Below are positions 36,977 to 46,570 of a stretch of 64,000 nucleotides of DNA, piece by piece. This stretch comes from Pseudobdellovibrionaceae bacterium (GTDB lineage Bacteria; Bdellovibrionota; Bdellovibrionia; Bdellovibrionales; Bdellovibrionaceae). The notes below the pieces were generated by a model that saw only the letters and a list, made by a program, of their open reading frames with translations, was not told where the DNA came from and made no database searches. The stretch lies in contig JBDHWW010000013.1 in the NCBI GenBank assembly GCA_039810425.1, positions 11,250 through 75,249 of the forward strand. The letters run 5' to 3'. Position 1 is the stretch's first letter; each line of letters starts with the position of its first letter. A program made the position numbers and the translations under genes.

Positions 36977-38191
36977 TTAGGGCTGAATTTTCGGAGCGCG
37001 ATGAGCGGCAAAGATCACTCCGGAAATTACGGTAATGATGGAAGCCGCCACATAAGGGGCGCCAGGGAAGGGCTTTTCAATTCCCGTCGCCGTCAGGCGT
37101 GCAAATAATTCGGTATAGAGGAGCGGTCCTAAGATCGCGGTGAGGCTGATTAAAGCCACGAGGGTACCCTGAAGTTCACCTTGTTCTTGCGATGGAGTCT
37201 CGCGCGAAATCAAAGACTGCAAAGCCGGCCCGGCAATGCCCGCGATAGCAGAGGGAATCAAAATCGCATACATTATCCAACTCTCTGTTGCAAAGGCATA
37301 GCCCGCGTAAGCCAAGGCGCTCACGACAATAGCGATAAAAACAGAGCGCCATTCGCCCAACTTCGGAATCAAAATGCGGGTCAAGCCACCTTGAACTACG
37401 GCCGTTGCAATCCCCACCACTGAAAGAGAAATACCGATGTCCGTCGGCGACCACCTAAATTTGTACTCAGTAAAAAGCGCCCAGCTAGCCGGATGCACTT
37501 GGCCCGCGAAATAAAGGAGAAAATTCACCCAAATCAATGCGAGAATCGGCGAAGGCTTTAGGATCTTTGCCAGAGACTTTAATGGATTCAATTTTTTGAT
37601 ATCGATCTGACGGCGAAGGTCTTTTGGTAAGGACTCCGGTAAGATAAAGACGCCGAATACGAAGTTCAAAAGATTCAAAGCCGCCGCTGCGAGGAACGGA
37701 TACTGGTGACCCAAGGAACCTGTGAAACCACCGATGGCGGGACCGACGATGAAGCCAAAGCCAAACGCGGCGCCGATCAAACCGAAATTCGCCGCGCGAT
37801 TGTTGTCATCACTAATATCCGCCATGTAGGCCGTCGCCACCGTCATGCTCGCCCCCGTGAGGCCCGCGATCACGCGCCCAATGAAAAGAATCGAAAGATT
37901 CGGTGCAAACGCCATGAGGATGTAGTCGAGAACCGCGCCGATAAGGGATACTAGCAAAACCGGGCGCCGGCCGAAGCGATCTGAAAGCGCGCCAAGGACC
38001 GGCGAGGCAATAAACTGCATCAATGCGTAGACAGAAATAAAGTAGCCATAGTAGTGGCTGACAAAACTGGGGTCGTCAGAAAAACGGCGGATCAAGTCCG
38101 GCAGAACGGGAATCAAAATGCCGATCCCCAATGCATCCAAGAAAATGGTGGCAAAAATAAACTGTACGCTGGCTTTTTTCTTATTCATCAA
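36977..38191 (-). CDS. TCR/Tet-family MFS efflux transporter
   Basis: LDALGIGILIPVLP, GALSDRFGRRPVLL, QGELQG. Confidence 0.88.
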   Translation of the reverse strand: MMNKKKASVQFIFATIFLDALGIGILIPVLPDLIRRFSDDPSFVSHYYGYFISVYALMQFIASPVLGALSDRFGRRPVLLVSLIGAVLDYILMAFAPNLSILFIGRVIAGLTGASMTVATAYMADISDDNNRAANFGLIGAAFGFGFIVGPAIGGFTGSLGHQYPFLAAAALNLLNFVFGVFILPESLPKDLRRQIDIKKLNPLKSLAKILKPSPILALIWVNFLLYFAGQVHPASWALFTEYKFRWSPTDIGISLSVVGIATAVVQGGLTRILIPKLGEWRSVFIAIVVSALAYAGYAFATESWIMYAILIPSAIAGIAGPALQSLISRETPSQEQGELQGTLVALISLTAILGPLLYTELFARLTATGIEKPFPGAPYVAASIITVISGVIFAAHRAPKIQP

Positions 38192-38586
38192 TTGCTGAGG
38201 TTAGTGCAAAATAGTTGTTGTTGCAAAGAACCTTTGTGGTAGGTGGCTGGAAAGGTCCTGTTAGAGCCCGTTAGCGACATTTGCGAATCCACGCGGACTT
38301 CTTTGGAATACCAAATCTGCAGATAGAATTGCTGTTCTATAAAGGGAATCTGGTAGACAAGAACCGGGGCGCTTTCTACAGAAACGAAATTATCCAATAG
38401 GTCAACTTTACCCGCGCGCTGCGCGAGCTGCGTATCGAAATAGTCTTTCATACGCACACTTTGGGTTGTCACGAAATTATTCTGAAAACTGCATTCATAG
38501 ACTGAACTCGTGAGCTGCTGGGCCACGGCGGTCGTGCAAAGAAGCGGGAAAAAAAAGAAAACAGAGAAAACAGAGAAAAACCTCAT
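38188..38586 (-). CDS. Hypothetical secreted protein
   Basis: Signal peptide (AVA-Q); ATGA overlap with the MFS gene. Confidence 0.55.
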   Translation of the reverse strand: MRFFSVFSVFFFFPLLCTTAVAQQLTSSVYECSFQNNFVTTQSVRMKDYFDTQLAQRAGKVDLLDNFVSVESAPVLVYQIPFIEQQFYLQIWYSKEVRVDSQMSLTGSNRTFPATYHKGSLQQQLFCTNLSN

Positions 38587-38732
38587 GCATTCTTATCGCG
38601 GTTTAACAGGCCTGACTTAATGGCCGGGCCCTTGGCTATGGACTAGTTTAGCGAGAAAAAAGAAAAAGGGCCCCAGATGATTCGTAAAATCCCCTTTGAC
38701 TTTCAGAGGTGAAACCTGTTTATCTTTTTGGC

Positions 38733-40016
38733 ATGGAAAAACAATACTTGTCAGGCTTTGGAAATCACTTTTCGTCAGAGGCACGCGCAAATGCATTGCC
38801 ACTGAATCAAAACTCTCCGCAGGTTGTGCAGCAGGGACTTTATGCCGAACAACTGAGTGGCACGGCGTTCACGGCGCCGCGTGCTCATAATTTGGCAAGC
38901 TGGCTTTATCGTATTCGTCCTTCTGTTATGCATAAACCCTTTGTGCCGATGAAAGAGCTCACTGAAAAGACTCTTTTCAAGCCGAAACACATTAATCCAA
39001 ATCAAATGCGCTGGAATCCACTTCCACTCCCTGCGGCTTCACAGGATTTCGTTGAAAGCTTGCGCACGGTTTGCGGTATCGGTTCTGCCATAGAGCAAAG
39101 GGGGTTGCATATTCACCTCTACGCCTTCAACAAAGTCATGGGCTCCCGTTACTTCATGGATGCGGACGGCGACATGATGTTTGTGCTGCAGTCAGGCTCT
39201 ATTCAGGTGAAAACTGAAATGGGGACCATTGATGCAGAGCCTGGTGAAATCGTTGTGGTTCCACGCGGTATGAGGTTTCAAGTAAATCCATTGTCCGCCG
39301 TTTGCCGCGGTTATGTTGGTGAAAACTTCGGTGCACCTTTCCGCTTGCCGGAATTGGGCCCCATTGGCGCAAATGGTCTTGCACATCCTCGGCACTTTGA
39401 AACTCCCCAAGCCGCCTTTGAGGATATCGAAGGCAAGATGGAGATTGTCGGTAAATTCTCTGATCGGCTGTGGAGCGCGGAGATGAACCATTCGCCCCTG
39501 GATGTTGTTGCTTGGCACGGGAACTATGTGCCATTCAAGTACGATCTTCGTAAATTCAATACCATCAACACGGTGAGCTTTGACCATCCGGATCCTTCGA
39601 TCTTTACCGTACTGACTTCACCAAGTGATACGCAGGGAACGGCGAATGTGGACTTTGCGATCTTCCCGCCACGTTGGATGGTGGGTGAGCACACGTTCCG
39701 TCCACCATACTTCCACCGCAATTGCATGAGCGAATACATGGGCTTGATCTATGGTGTGTACGACGCAAAAACCAGCGGGGGTTTCGTTCCTGGTGGCGGC
39801 AGTCTTCATAACTTCTATTCGGCCCATGGGCCTGATGCTGACACTTTTGAGAATGCCAGCAGTGCGGATTTAAAGCCGCACAAGCTTGAAAACACTTTGG
39901 CTTTCATGTTTGAAAGTCGTGCGCCTTACCTGCTGACGGAATTTGCAATGCAGAAAGATTTCCTCCAAGAGGACTATCAAGACTGCTGGCAAGGCTTTAA
40001 AAAGAACTTCAAGTAA
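38733..40016 (+). CDS. hmgA: Homogentisate 1,2-dioxygenase
   Basis: YLSGFGNHFSSEA, LYAEQLSGTAFT, DHPDPSIFTVLT, RPPYFHRNCMSE, HGPD. Confidence 0.96.
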   Translation: MEKQYLSGFGNHFSSEARANALPLNQNSPQVVQQGLYAEQLSGTAFTAPRAHNLASWLYRIRPSVMHKPFVPMKELTEKTLFKPKHINPNQMRWNPLPLPAASQDFVESLRTVCGIGSAIEQRGLHIHLYAFNKVMGSRYFMDADGDMMFVLQSGSIQVKTEMGTIDAEPGEIVVVPRGMRFQVNPLSAVCRGYVGENFGAPFRLPELGPIGANGLAHPRHFETPQAAFEDIEGKMEIVGKFSDRLWSAEMNHSPLDVVAWHGNYVPFKYDLRKFNTINTVSFDHPDPSIFTVLTSPSDTQGTANVDFAIFPPRWMVGEHTFRPPYFHRNCMSEYMGLIYGVYDAKTSGGFVPGGGSLHNFYSAHGPDADTFENASSADLKPHKLENTLAFMFESRAPYLLTEFAMQKDFLQEDYQDCWQGFKKNFK

Positions 40017-40696
40017 TGTTAGCTTTCGAAACCGGCGACTCGCAGCAAAAGTATCTTTTGCAGGTTCATCAGTTCGTTACGGACTTTAAAGAGCCTGCAC
40101 CGTCTTTTCTGAACCTAGAAGAGATCGCTTATCTCGGCGCACTCACTAATGAAAAACGCAAAAACGAATATCTGCAGACACGTTTTGTACTGAAGAATCT
40201 TTTGGCGAAGTACATGGGGTTAGCTCCCAACGTCATTCAATTCAAAAAGGTCGGTGAGGGCAAGCCGGTTTTGATGAACCCCACTGTGCACCTCGATTTT
40301 AACTTATCCCACAGCGCCGACTACTTCGCGCTTGCGCTGTCAGAGAAGGGCGAAGTTGGTGTTGATATTGAAAAGATCCGTCAGCCTCAACATTTGACTC
40401 AGATCGCAGAGAAGTTCTTTTCAGCTTCAGAAACAGATTTGATTAAGCAGGAACCCGATCCCGCAAAGCAGACGGAGATCTTCGCCAAGTTCTGGTCCGG
40501 CAAAGAGGCCCTTGTGAAGGCTGTTGGCGGCGGTGTCTTTAAGAATGTTCACGAAGTTTTGGTCGATGAGACCCATTGGAAAATAAAAAGGCTTCCGTTG
40601 GAATTCGGAAGCCTTTCTGATTGGGATCTACAGTTTTTTGAAACCGTTCCCGGTTACACTTGCAGTGTTGCTTATAAAACTAGTGTAAGTTCTTAA
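40016..40696 (+). CDS. Sfp-type 4'-phosphopantetheinyl transferase
   Basis: GKP, FNLSHS, VGVDIE, WSGKEALVKAVG; TAATG overlap with hmgA. Confidence 0.9.
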   Translation: MLAFETGDSQQKYLLQVHQFVTDFKEPAPSFLNLEEIAYLGALTNEKRKNEYLQTRFVLKNLLAKYMGLAPNVIQFKKVGEGKPVLMNPTVHLDFNLSHSADYFALALSEKGEVGVDIEKIRQPQHLTQIAEKFFSASETDLIKQEPDPAKQTEIFAKFWSGKEALVKAVGGGVFKNVHEVLVDETHWKIKRLPLEFGSLSDWDLQFFETVPGYTCSVAYKTSVSS

Positions 40697-41819
40697 ACTT
40701 ATCGGTTACTTTTTTACTGATCGTCATAATCTTTTCACCTTCTTCCGCGTGCGAGCAACCAACGTGTGAAGGTGCTGCGCCAGAAAGAAGAACGCCACCC
40801 TGAGACTCGTTAGTGTAAGGGAAACGATCTGTCAAAGCCGCAATAGTTACTTTACGTTTTTCTATGCTTGCTTTCAAGTCTGCAATTGCAGCTCTTTCTG
40901 CAACTGCAGAAGACGGCAAGTAATTCAGCAATTGGCTTGCAACATCGCTTATGTCTTCATACAGTTTAAGAGCTTTTTTTGCACTTTCGTAAATATACCA
41001 GTTTCCTTCTTCTGTCGGAACGTACTTCAGAACACCATTTGAAGAGGCATCTTTCAAGATTGCTTCGATAGTGATTTCTTCAAGGAAGTAGTGCAAAAGC
41101 AAGGTGTCTTGAGCTTTTGCGAATCTTGCGAATGGCAAAGCGCTCTTTTGGCTTTTTTTGTTATCATCCAAAGACTCATCAGAAAAGATATTTTCAATGA
41201 TCGCTTTAGTAATAGAGTATTCTGCTCTAATACCCTCATCGTCATAACCTGTTTCATCTGCGCGAAGCATGAACAAGTGATGCATGAACTCATGCACAAG
41301 AGTCCATCTGTTTGTGTTTTCGCGAACGATGATAGCCGCGCCCTTATGAAGCGAAGGGAAAAGAGAAGAATCTTTCTTAGGTAAATAGAGACCCAAGATT
41401 ACCTGACCTTTTGGCAAATCTTTGTTTGAAGACTTCCATTTGTCAGAAATATCTGAAGGCATTGTTTGCGCGCCAGTGTAGAGGCTTGAAGAGCAGAGGT
41501 TTGTTGGAATCAATTCAGACTTATAGACAGTCGCGCCCGTCAAGTTAACGAAACGAAGAGTTTCATCAACACTGGATGTATATACAGCTGCCAAGTAGTT
41601 CAAGTTGAACTCTTTTTCGAAGTAAGTCCGAGCTGTTTTAGACGTACCTAAAGCACTATAATCAGCAGTCCCACCTTCCGTTAAAGTGAACTGACAGCTG
41701 AAAGTGTTCATCTCTTTTGGTGCCGTTAAATTTTTGCCGTCATCAGAGCCGCTAGAACAAGCGGCGACAGAACCCAAAACAAATCCTGTTACCAGAAATT
41801 TTCCCATAACCCCAGACAT
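40680..41819 (-). CDS. Hypothetical lipoprotein with HExxH metallopeptidase motif
   Basis: Lipobox VAAC; TLVHEFMHH with downstream LEE. Confidence 0.6.
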   Translation of the reverse strand: MSGVMGKFLVTGFVLGSVAACSSGSDDGKNLTAPKEMNTFSCQFTLTEGGTADYSALGTSKTARTYFEKEFNLNYLAAVYTSSVDETLRFVNLTGATVYKSELIPTNLCSSSLYTGAQTMPSDISDKWKSSNKDLPKGQVILGLYLPKKDSSLFPSLHKGAAIIVRENTNRWTLVHEFMHHLFMLRADETGYDDEGIRAEYSITKAIIENIFSDESLDDNKKSQKSALPFARFAKAQDTLLLHYFLEEITIEAILKDASSNGVLKYVPTEEGNWYIYESAKKALKLYEDISDVASQLLNYLPSSAVAERAAIADLKASIEKRKVTIAALTDRFPYTNESQGGVLLSGAAPSHVGCSHAEEGEKIMTISKKVTDKFKNLH

Positions 41820-41957
41820 AGTGTCTCCTTTAATTTGGAAAAGGTTATAGCGAGAAACTGCCGAAAATTGTTATTTTTTAGCCTGGGCGAAACTTATACA
41901 GAAGTGGCAAATATTTATACAAAGTGAATTTTTTCTAAACGCAGGGATTCCGCGGGA

Positions 41958-43214
41958 TTAGCGGTTCCACTTGAAGCCGATTTGGCCGCTGGCTCTCTCG
42001 AGGGCTGAGAGCTCCTGAGTGTTGTTTCCGAAGCTATAGTTTGCCTCGGCAAAGAAAGTCCAAGCATCACCCACAGCCGTGTCCCACGCCAGTTGGACGG
42101 AGGAGGACTGGTCGGTCAGGGACTGAATATAGCGAAGAAATACGTTGTTATTCTGAATAAGGAGATCGGGTATGCGCAACGAGGCATAGCCATAGTGCTG
42201 CCCTAAGAGCTCGCGACCGGAATTTAAGATGCGTTCTAAATTTTCATTGCCACGCGGGTGTTGCGGGACTGCCGACTGGAAAGCGGCAAGCATATCTTCT
42301 TGCAACAGGCCGCAAGAGTTGTAAACATACTCTAAGCGGAAGTCCATGCCTCCTTCCCAGCGAATTCCGCCGACGGCAAGAGTATTCCAAGTTTCATTGT
42401 TACGAACATAGACCATATCGTAGAGAAGACTAGGCGAGATGTCCGGCATGTACTGGGCAGAACCTTGGGTATGGCGGGCATCGAGGTAGATGCTGAATCC
42501 TGGAGTGAGCTCCGAGTTAAAATATTCGCCGGCAAATGGGATCGTGTCATCGATGGTACCACCCGCCATGCCAAGGTAGTTCAAAGCATTACGGCCCCGG
42601 TATTCAATCTTAACGACTCCCTTTGGCTTGAATTTCTGCTCGTAGGTCCAGAAGGACTGACCGTTATTCATGGGCTCCGCGATGGTAATCACGCTCCAGC
42701 GGCTATTGGGGCTCCAATTGGCACGCAGAAGAAAACGTCCGTCTTCACGGTAAGTATAGGAGCGCTGATCGCGGCGGAAATGAAAGAATGGATTTGTTGG
42801 GCTGATAAACTCTGCCGGCCCCCATTGGTAGTTTTGCAGGCCTGCTGCCAAAGTCAGGCGGCGATTCGGATCGCCTTCAAGGAAAGCCTCGGGAAGAGAG
42901 GCCTCACCCGTGAATGTAGTCTTCGTCTCCTCCGTATCCAGATAGCGATACTGATTCACCCAGCCCTGAAAGCGGGGACGAAAGACCCAATGCGTGCCAC
43001 TTTGCCAAGTGTACTTGGTATTGATTCGGAGGTCCGACTGAAAACGGGCTTCTGGATTATCAAGGCGTCGGCCCGTTGGATCGATCAGGCTTTCCTGGCC
43101 CCGCTCCGTGCCTTGAGCAGAGTTGTACCACTCGATATCCCAGCGAAAGCTCTGTGCGGCGGCTGGAAGAGTCGCGCACAAGAGCAGGGCTAGAATGACC
43201 AAATTTCTAAACAT
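41958..43214 (-). CDS. Putative outer-membrane beta-barrel protein
   Basis: Signal peptide; 'AAGLQNYQWGPAEFISPTNPF'; aromatic amphipathic strands; ends QIGFKWNR. Confidence 0.65.
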   Translation of the reverse strand: MFRNLVILALLLCATLPAAAQSFRWDIEWYNSAQGTERGQESLIDPTGRRLDNPEARFQSDLRINTKYTWQSGTHWVFRPRFQGWVNQYRYLDTEETKTTFTGEASLPEAFLEGDPNRRLTLAAGLQNYQWGPAEFISPTNPFFHFRRDQRSYTYREDGRFLLRANWSPNSRWSVITIAEPMNNGQSFWTYEQKFKPKGVVKIEYRGRNALNYLGMAGGTIDDTIPFAGEYFNSELTPGFSIYLDARHTQGSAQYMPDISPSLLYDMVYVRNNETWNTLAVGGIRWEGGMDFRLEYVYNSCGLLQEDMLAAFQSAVPQHPRGNENLERILNSGRELLGQHYGYASLRIPDLLIQNNNVFLRYIQSLTDQSSSVQLAWDTAVGDAWTFFAEANYSFGNNTQELSALERASGQIGFKWNR

Positions 43215-44523
43215 AAGTTAAGTTTTCAGCAGTGCTATTTTTAAGAGTTGAACGGCACACAATCCATGTAGTCACGGCCGCCAAAAGACTCAAGAAAATA
43301 AAGCTAAAAACATAAAGATTCGGACTTATAAGGATGCGGAACGGGACAGGTTCAACCAGAACACCGGCTTTGTAAACGATACCCACTCCATTGAGGATAA
43401 AGGTTCCTACAATAGCAATGAGACTTCCGATCACTCCGCCAATAAACGACAGGGTTACGGCTTCGCTCACAAAGATATACAAGATCTGTTTCGGCACAAA
43501 ACCGATACTGCGAAGAGTTCCGATTTCGCGCGTCCGTTCTTTCACAAGCTTCATCATGGTGTTGAAGATGGAAAGACCCGCGATTGCTACGATGATTGAA
43601 ACCACGAAGTTTCTGAAAACTCCGAGGAGGCTCATCGTGCGCACGTACATTTCACCGATGATGTGGTTTTCCCAGCGAGACATGCGCTGCTGGAGACCGG
43701 CTTTCTCGGCTTCAGCGTTGAACTCTTTGATGATGCCGTCGATGTAGCTGCCTTTATCGAGGAACTTCACCGTGATGTAGCTGATATTTTTCGTGTTCAT
43801 CAGCGTCTGAGCATCCTCAAGAGAGGTCGCGAGGAACTTATCGTCGATATCCTTGTAGAGCGCATCCATCAAGCCCACGACTTGCAAATCCAAAGCGTTT
43901 AATTGACCTTCAGGTGTCGTGATGTTGAGCTGAATATCCGGAGAGCTGCAGTGGAAAGGGCGGACTTCTGGTTTATAACCTGCCACTGCGTTCATCATCT
44001 TTACTTTTTGATCAGGAACGCAGCCAAGAATTTTACCGAGGGACTGTCCGACTAAAACCGTGTGCTGTTCTTTGAGGGGGCTTCCGTAAAGAGCATTCCA
44101 GGCCCAGTCGGGGGCGCGGGTTTTTTCACCCTCAGCAAGGTCGTAGCCATAGCCACGGAAGATCGTCGACGTCTTACCGTTCGTCACCATTCCGTTAATG
44201 GAAAGGAAACGGTTGTAAGCATCGATTTTGTTTTTATATTGATCGAAGAACTTATGTACGAACTCTTGTTCAGAAGGAGTGACTTCATACTTCCAAGGTT
44301 CTGCGCGGCCTTCGGCATGGCGGAGGTTGAGGTTCTCGACAACCACATCTCCCCACATCATGCGAGAGCGGAAGGACTCCTGATAGATTCTTTCAACGTC
44401 CTTCATGTATCCCTGGAACATCACCAGAGAAATCAAGCCCGCGGCAAGACTGATCGTTGCCGCCAAGCTTTGGCGCCAGTGCAAGAACACATTTCTAAGG
44501 GCAATTTTTAACAGACTATTCAT
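43207..44523 (-). CDS. ABC transporter permease (FtsX/LolE-like)
   Basis: IALRNV, large periplasmic loop, ERTREIGTLRSIGF. Confidence 0.9.
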   Translation of the reverse strand: MNSLLKIALRNVFLHWRQSLAATISLAAGLISLVMFQGYMKDVERIYQESFRSRMMWGDVVVENLNLRHAEGRAEPWKYEVTPSEQEFVHKFFDQYKNKIDAYNRFLSINGMVTNGKTSTIFRGYGYDLAEGEKTRAPDWAWNALYGSPLKEQHTVLVGQSLGKILGCVPDQKVKMMNAVAGYKPEVRPFHCSSPDIQLNITTPEGQLNALDLQVVGLMDALYKDIDDKFLATSLEDAQTLMNTKNISYITVKFLDKGSYIDGIIKEFNAEAEKAGLQQRMSRWENHIIGEMYVRTMSLLGVFRNFVVSIIVAIAGLSIFNTMMKLVKERTREIGTLRSIGFVPKQILYIFVSEAVTLSFIGGVIGSLIAIVGTFILNGVGIVYKAGVLVEPVPFRILISPNLYVFSFIFLSLLAAVTTWIVCRSTLKNSTAENLTYV

Positions 44524-45257
44524 CGGCTCAAGTTATTCACGTTAAAAAGAGAAGCCGGAAGGGATTCCGCCTTTGGTTTAGTGTATTCAATGATACTGCG
44601 GTTCTTAGGAAACTTAGAATCAGTGATTGTCATTTTGCTGATGAAAGCAAAGGTCTTACCTTCCGCCGTCATTTTATTATCATACTCAAAATTCGCCCCT
44701 TTGAACGGCGTCCCTTGAAGAGTCATGAACTCCGCCTTCAAGGCCAATTTTGACTTCTTAGAGATCCAGTACTTGATCTGATCGTAAGTAACTTGGTTCG
44801 ACTTCGCTTTGAGCATCAAGACTGTCGCGTCTTCACCATTTACTTTATCACTGCCGGCATCCTTGGCGTCGTAGTCACGGGCATAGTTTGTTGAAGCGAT
44901 GTCACCATTTGCCGCTTGGCCGGAAAGCTTTTGGCGGGCCGAGATTGAAACCGGTTTACGCAGGCTTGGTTTAAAGAACCACATATTGCGGTCATTGAAC
45001 AAGAAGACTTCGCCTTTGTTACGGGCGGGAGTCAGCGCTTCGACATTGGCGTCATTGCCTTTTGCTTTAATCGTAAATGTTCTTTCGCTCTGGTCACCGT
45101 CTTCTTCAGTGATGATTTTTGCATCCCAAACAACGCCGTCTTTCAGGCCGCCGCGTGCACGGTCGCTGACTTTTAATAGCTCCGCCGCACTTTCAGCCGC
45201 TGCGGAGTGAAGCGAGTAAACTGACATGATGGCACAAAGAATAACTAACTTTTTCAT
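44520..45257 (-). CDS. Outer membrane lipoprotein-sorting (LolA-like) periplasmic protein
   Basis: Signal peptide; 'MWFFKPSLRKPVSISARQKLSGQAANGDIA', 'TYDQIKYWI'. Confidence 0.8.
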   Translation of the reverse strand: MKKLVILCAIMSVYSLHSAAAESAAELLKVSDRARGGLKDGVVWDAKIITEEDGDQSERTFTIKAKGNDANVEALTPARNKGEVFLFNDRNMWFFKPSLRKPVSISARQKLSGQAANGDIASTNYARDYDAKDAGSDKVNGEDATVLMLKAKSNQVTYDQIKYWISKKSKLALKAEFMTLQGTPFKGANFEYDNKMTAEGKTFAFISKMTITDSKFPKNRSIIEYTKPKAESLPASLFNVNNLSR

Positions 45258-45268
45258 AAACACACCCA

Positions 45269-46570
45269 CTAGTTTGCCTGTTGTAAAAGGTGAATAATTG
45301 GCTTGTTAACAAGTTTCTTGGAAACAACGTATGCACAAATAAGACAAATAATCATAATCGGAATCGCCAAGATGATGCAGAACCAAGTGTCTGGATTCAT
45401 CATGAACTGCATATCGCCCGCAATCCCCGGGGGATCAAAGCGGATGTTTAACGAATTCATAAGGAAGGCAATGACTTGAGCTAGAATGTAACCGCAAACT
45501 AAGCTGATCGCCGTTAAGAAAAGACTCTCAAGCGTGAATAGCCACGCGGTCTGCGCGTTCGTAAAACCAATGGCGCGTAAAGTTCCGATTTCGCGGACGC
45601 GCTCAAGGATTCCGATGGTCATAGAGTTCACAATCGACAAGGCCACAGCACTAAAGATCAAGAAGATGAAGAAGCCCGCCATGATGTACAAGAACCCAAC
45701 AGTGCCCACGTAGAAAAGGCCAATCGAGTCGTCATTAAAAGGAATCGTCTGGAAGTCGAGGCCCGCAGCATCGATCTTTGCCTGGAGTTTCTTTTGAATG
45801 CTACTAACGCTGGCGTCAGGATTCAAATAGATCGCGAGATAAGTCGCGCCGTCTGTTGCATAGAGGTTTTGTAAAACACTCAGCGGAGCAATGAGGCTCG
45901 TATCTTCGGCCATCATCATACCTGTCGTATGTTTAAAACCTAAGTTCGCGTTCACCGCATTCAGATCGCCATCAAAAGTGCGGCCTGCAAGCTGAACATC
46001 TCTTTCAGCAACTGACAAATCCGTGAACGGGGCCTTACGACCGATCAAAGTGCCTAGCTGCTTTGTCACAGAGACTGTTTCAGCAAGCGCTCCTTCAGCG
46101 TCCTTGATCGAAGGCTCTTTTGCAGAAGGCACCAGTTCAGGAGTCCAACGACTTACTTGCGGATGAGATTGAATACGTTTTTCGTCAGAAGGGGTAATAC
46201 CGTAAGCAACGAAAGGAACGGATTTGTTTCCGTTACTGAGAAGTCCCATGCCTTGCAGAACAGGAACCGTGAATTCAACCGCAGGTTCTTGTGCTGTGAT
46301 CTCGCGGATTTTCTGCATATCGTCCGCGCTGAGGTGAAACTTACGAGGATTATTGTAGAAGCCGTCCACGCCGCCTTTTTTGTAAATGGCGATATGGCCC
46401 GTGTGATTCACGTACACGGAGCTCGTGCGCATGAAGTGCTCTACGTAGATAATGTAACCGCCTAAGAGGCAAAGGCCTGTAAAGCCCGCGATGATCGCAA
46501 TCCCGGTTGAAAAGCTACGACGCTTGTTCTTCCAGAGGTTGCGAAGGGCCATTTTGCTAAACAACGTCAT
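45269..46570 (-). CDS. ABC transporter permease (FtsX/LolC-like)
   Basis: MALRNLWKNKRRS, ERVREIGTLRAIGF. Confidence 0.9.
   Translation of the reverse strand: MTLFSKMALRNLWKNKRRSFSTGIAIIAGFTGLCLLGGYIIYVEHFMRTSSVYVNHTGHIAIYKKGGVDGFYNNPRKFHLSADDMQKIREITAQEPAVEFTVPVLQGMGLLSNGNKSVPFVAYGITPSDEKRIQSHPQVSRWTPELVPSAKEPSIKDAEGALAETVSVTKQLGTLIGRKAPFTDLSVAERDVQLAGRTFDGDLNAVNANLGFKHTTGMMMAEDTSLIAPLSVLQNLYATDGATYLAIYLNPDASVSSIQKKLQAKIDAAGLDFQTIPFNDDSIGLFYVGTVGFLYIMAGFFIFLIFSAVALSIVNSMTIGILERVREIGTLRAIGFTNAQTAWLFTLESLFLTAISLVCGYILAQVIAFLMNSLNIRFDPPGIAGDMQFMMNPDTWFCIILAIPIMIICLICAYVVSKKLVNKPIIHLLQQAN

Noticed and set aside
36977..38191. Calling the MFS a tetracycline resistance gene tetA
   Set aside because: Family motifs only; no tetR or mobile context, and substrate cannot be read from sequence.
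42465..43193. 242-aa plus-strand ORF and many other overlapping ORFs in the track
   Set aside because: Antisense or alternate-frame shadows of well-supported genes, with no recognisable motifs.
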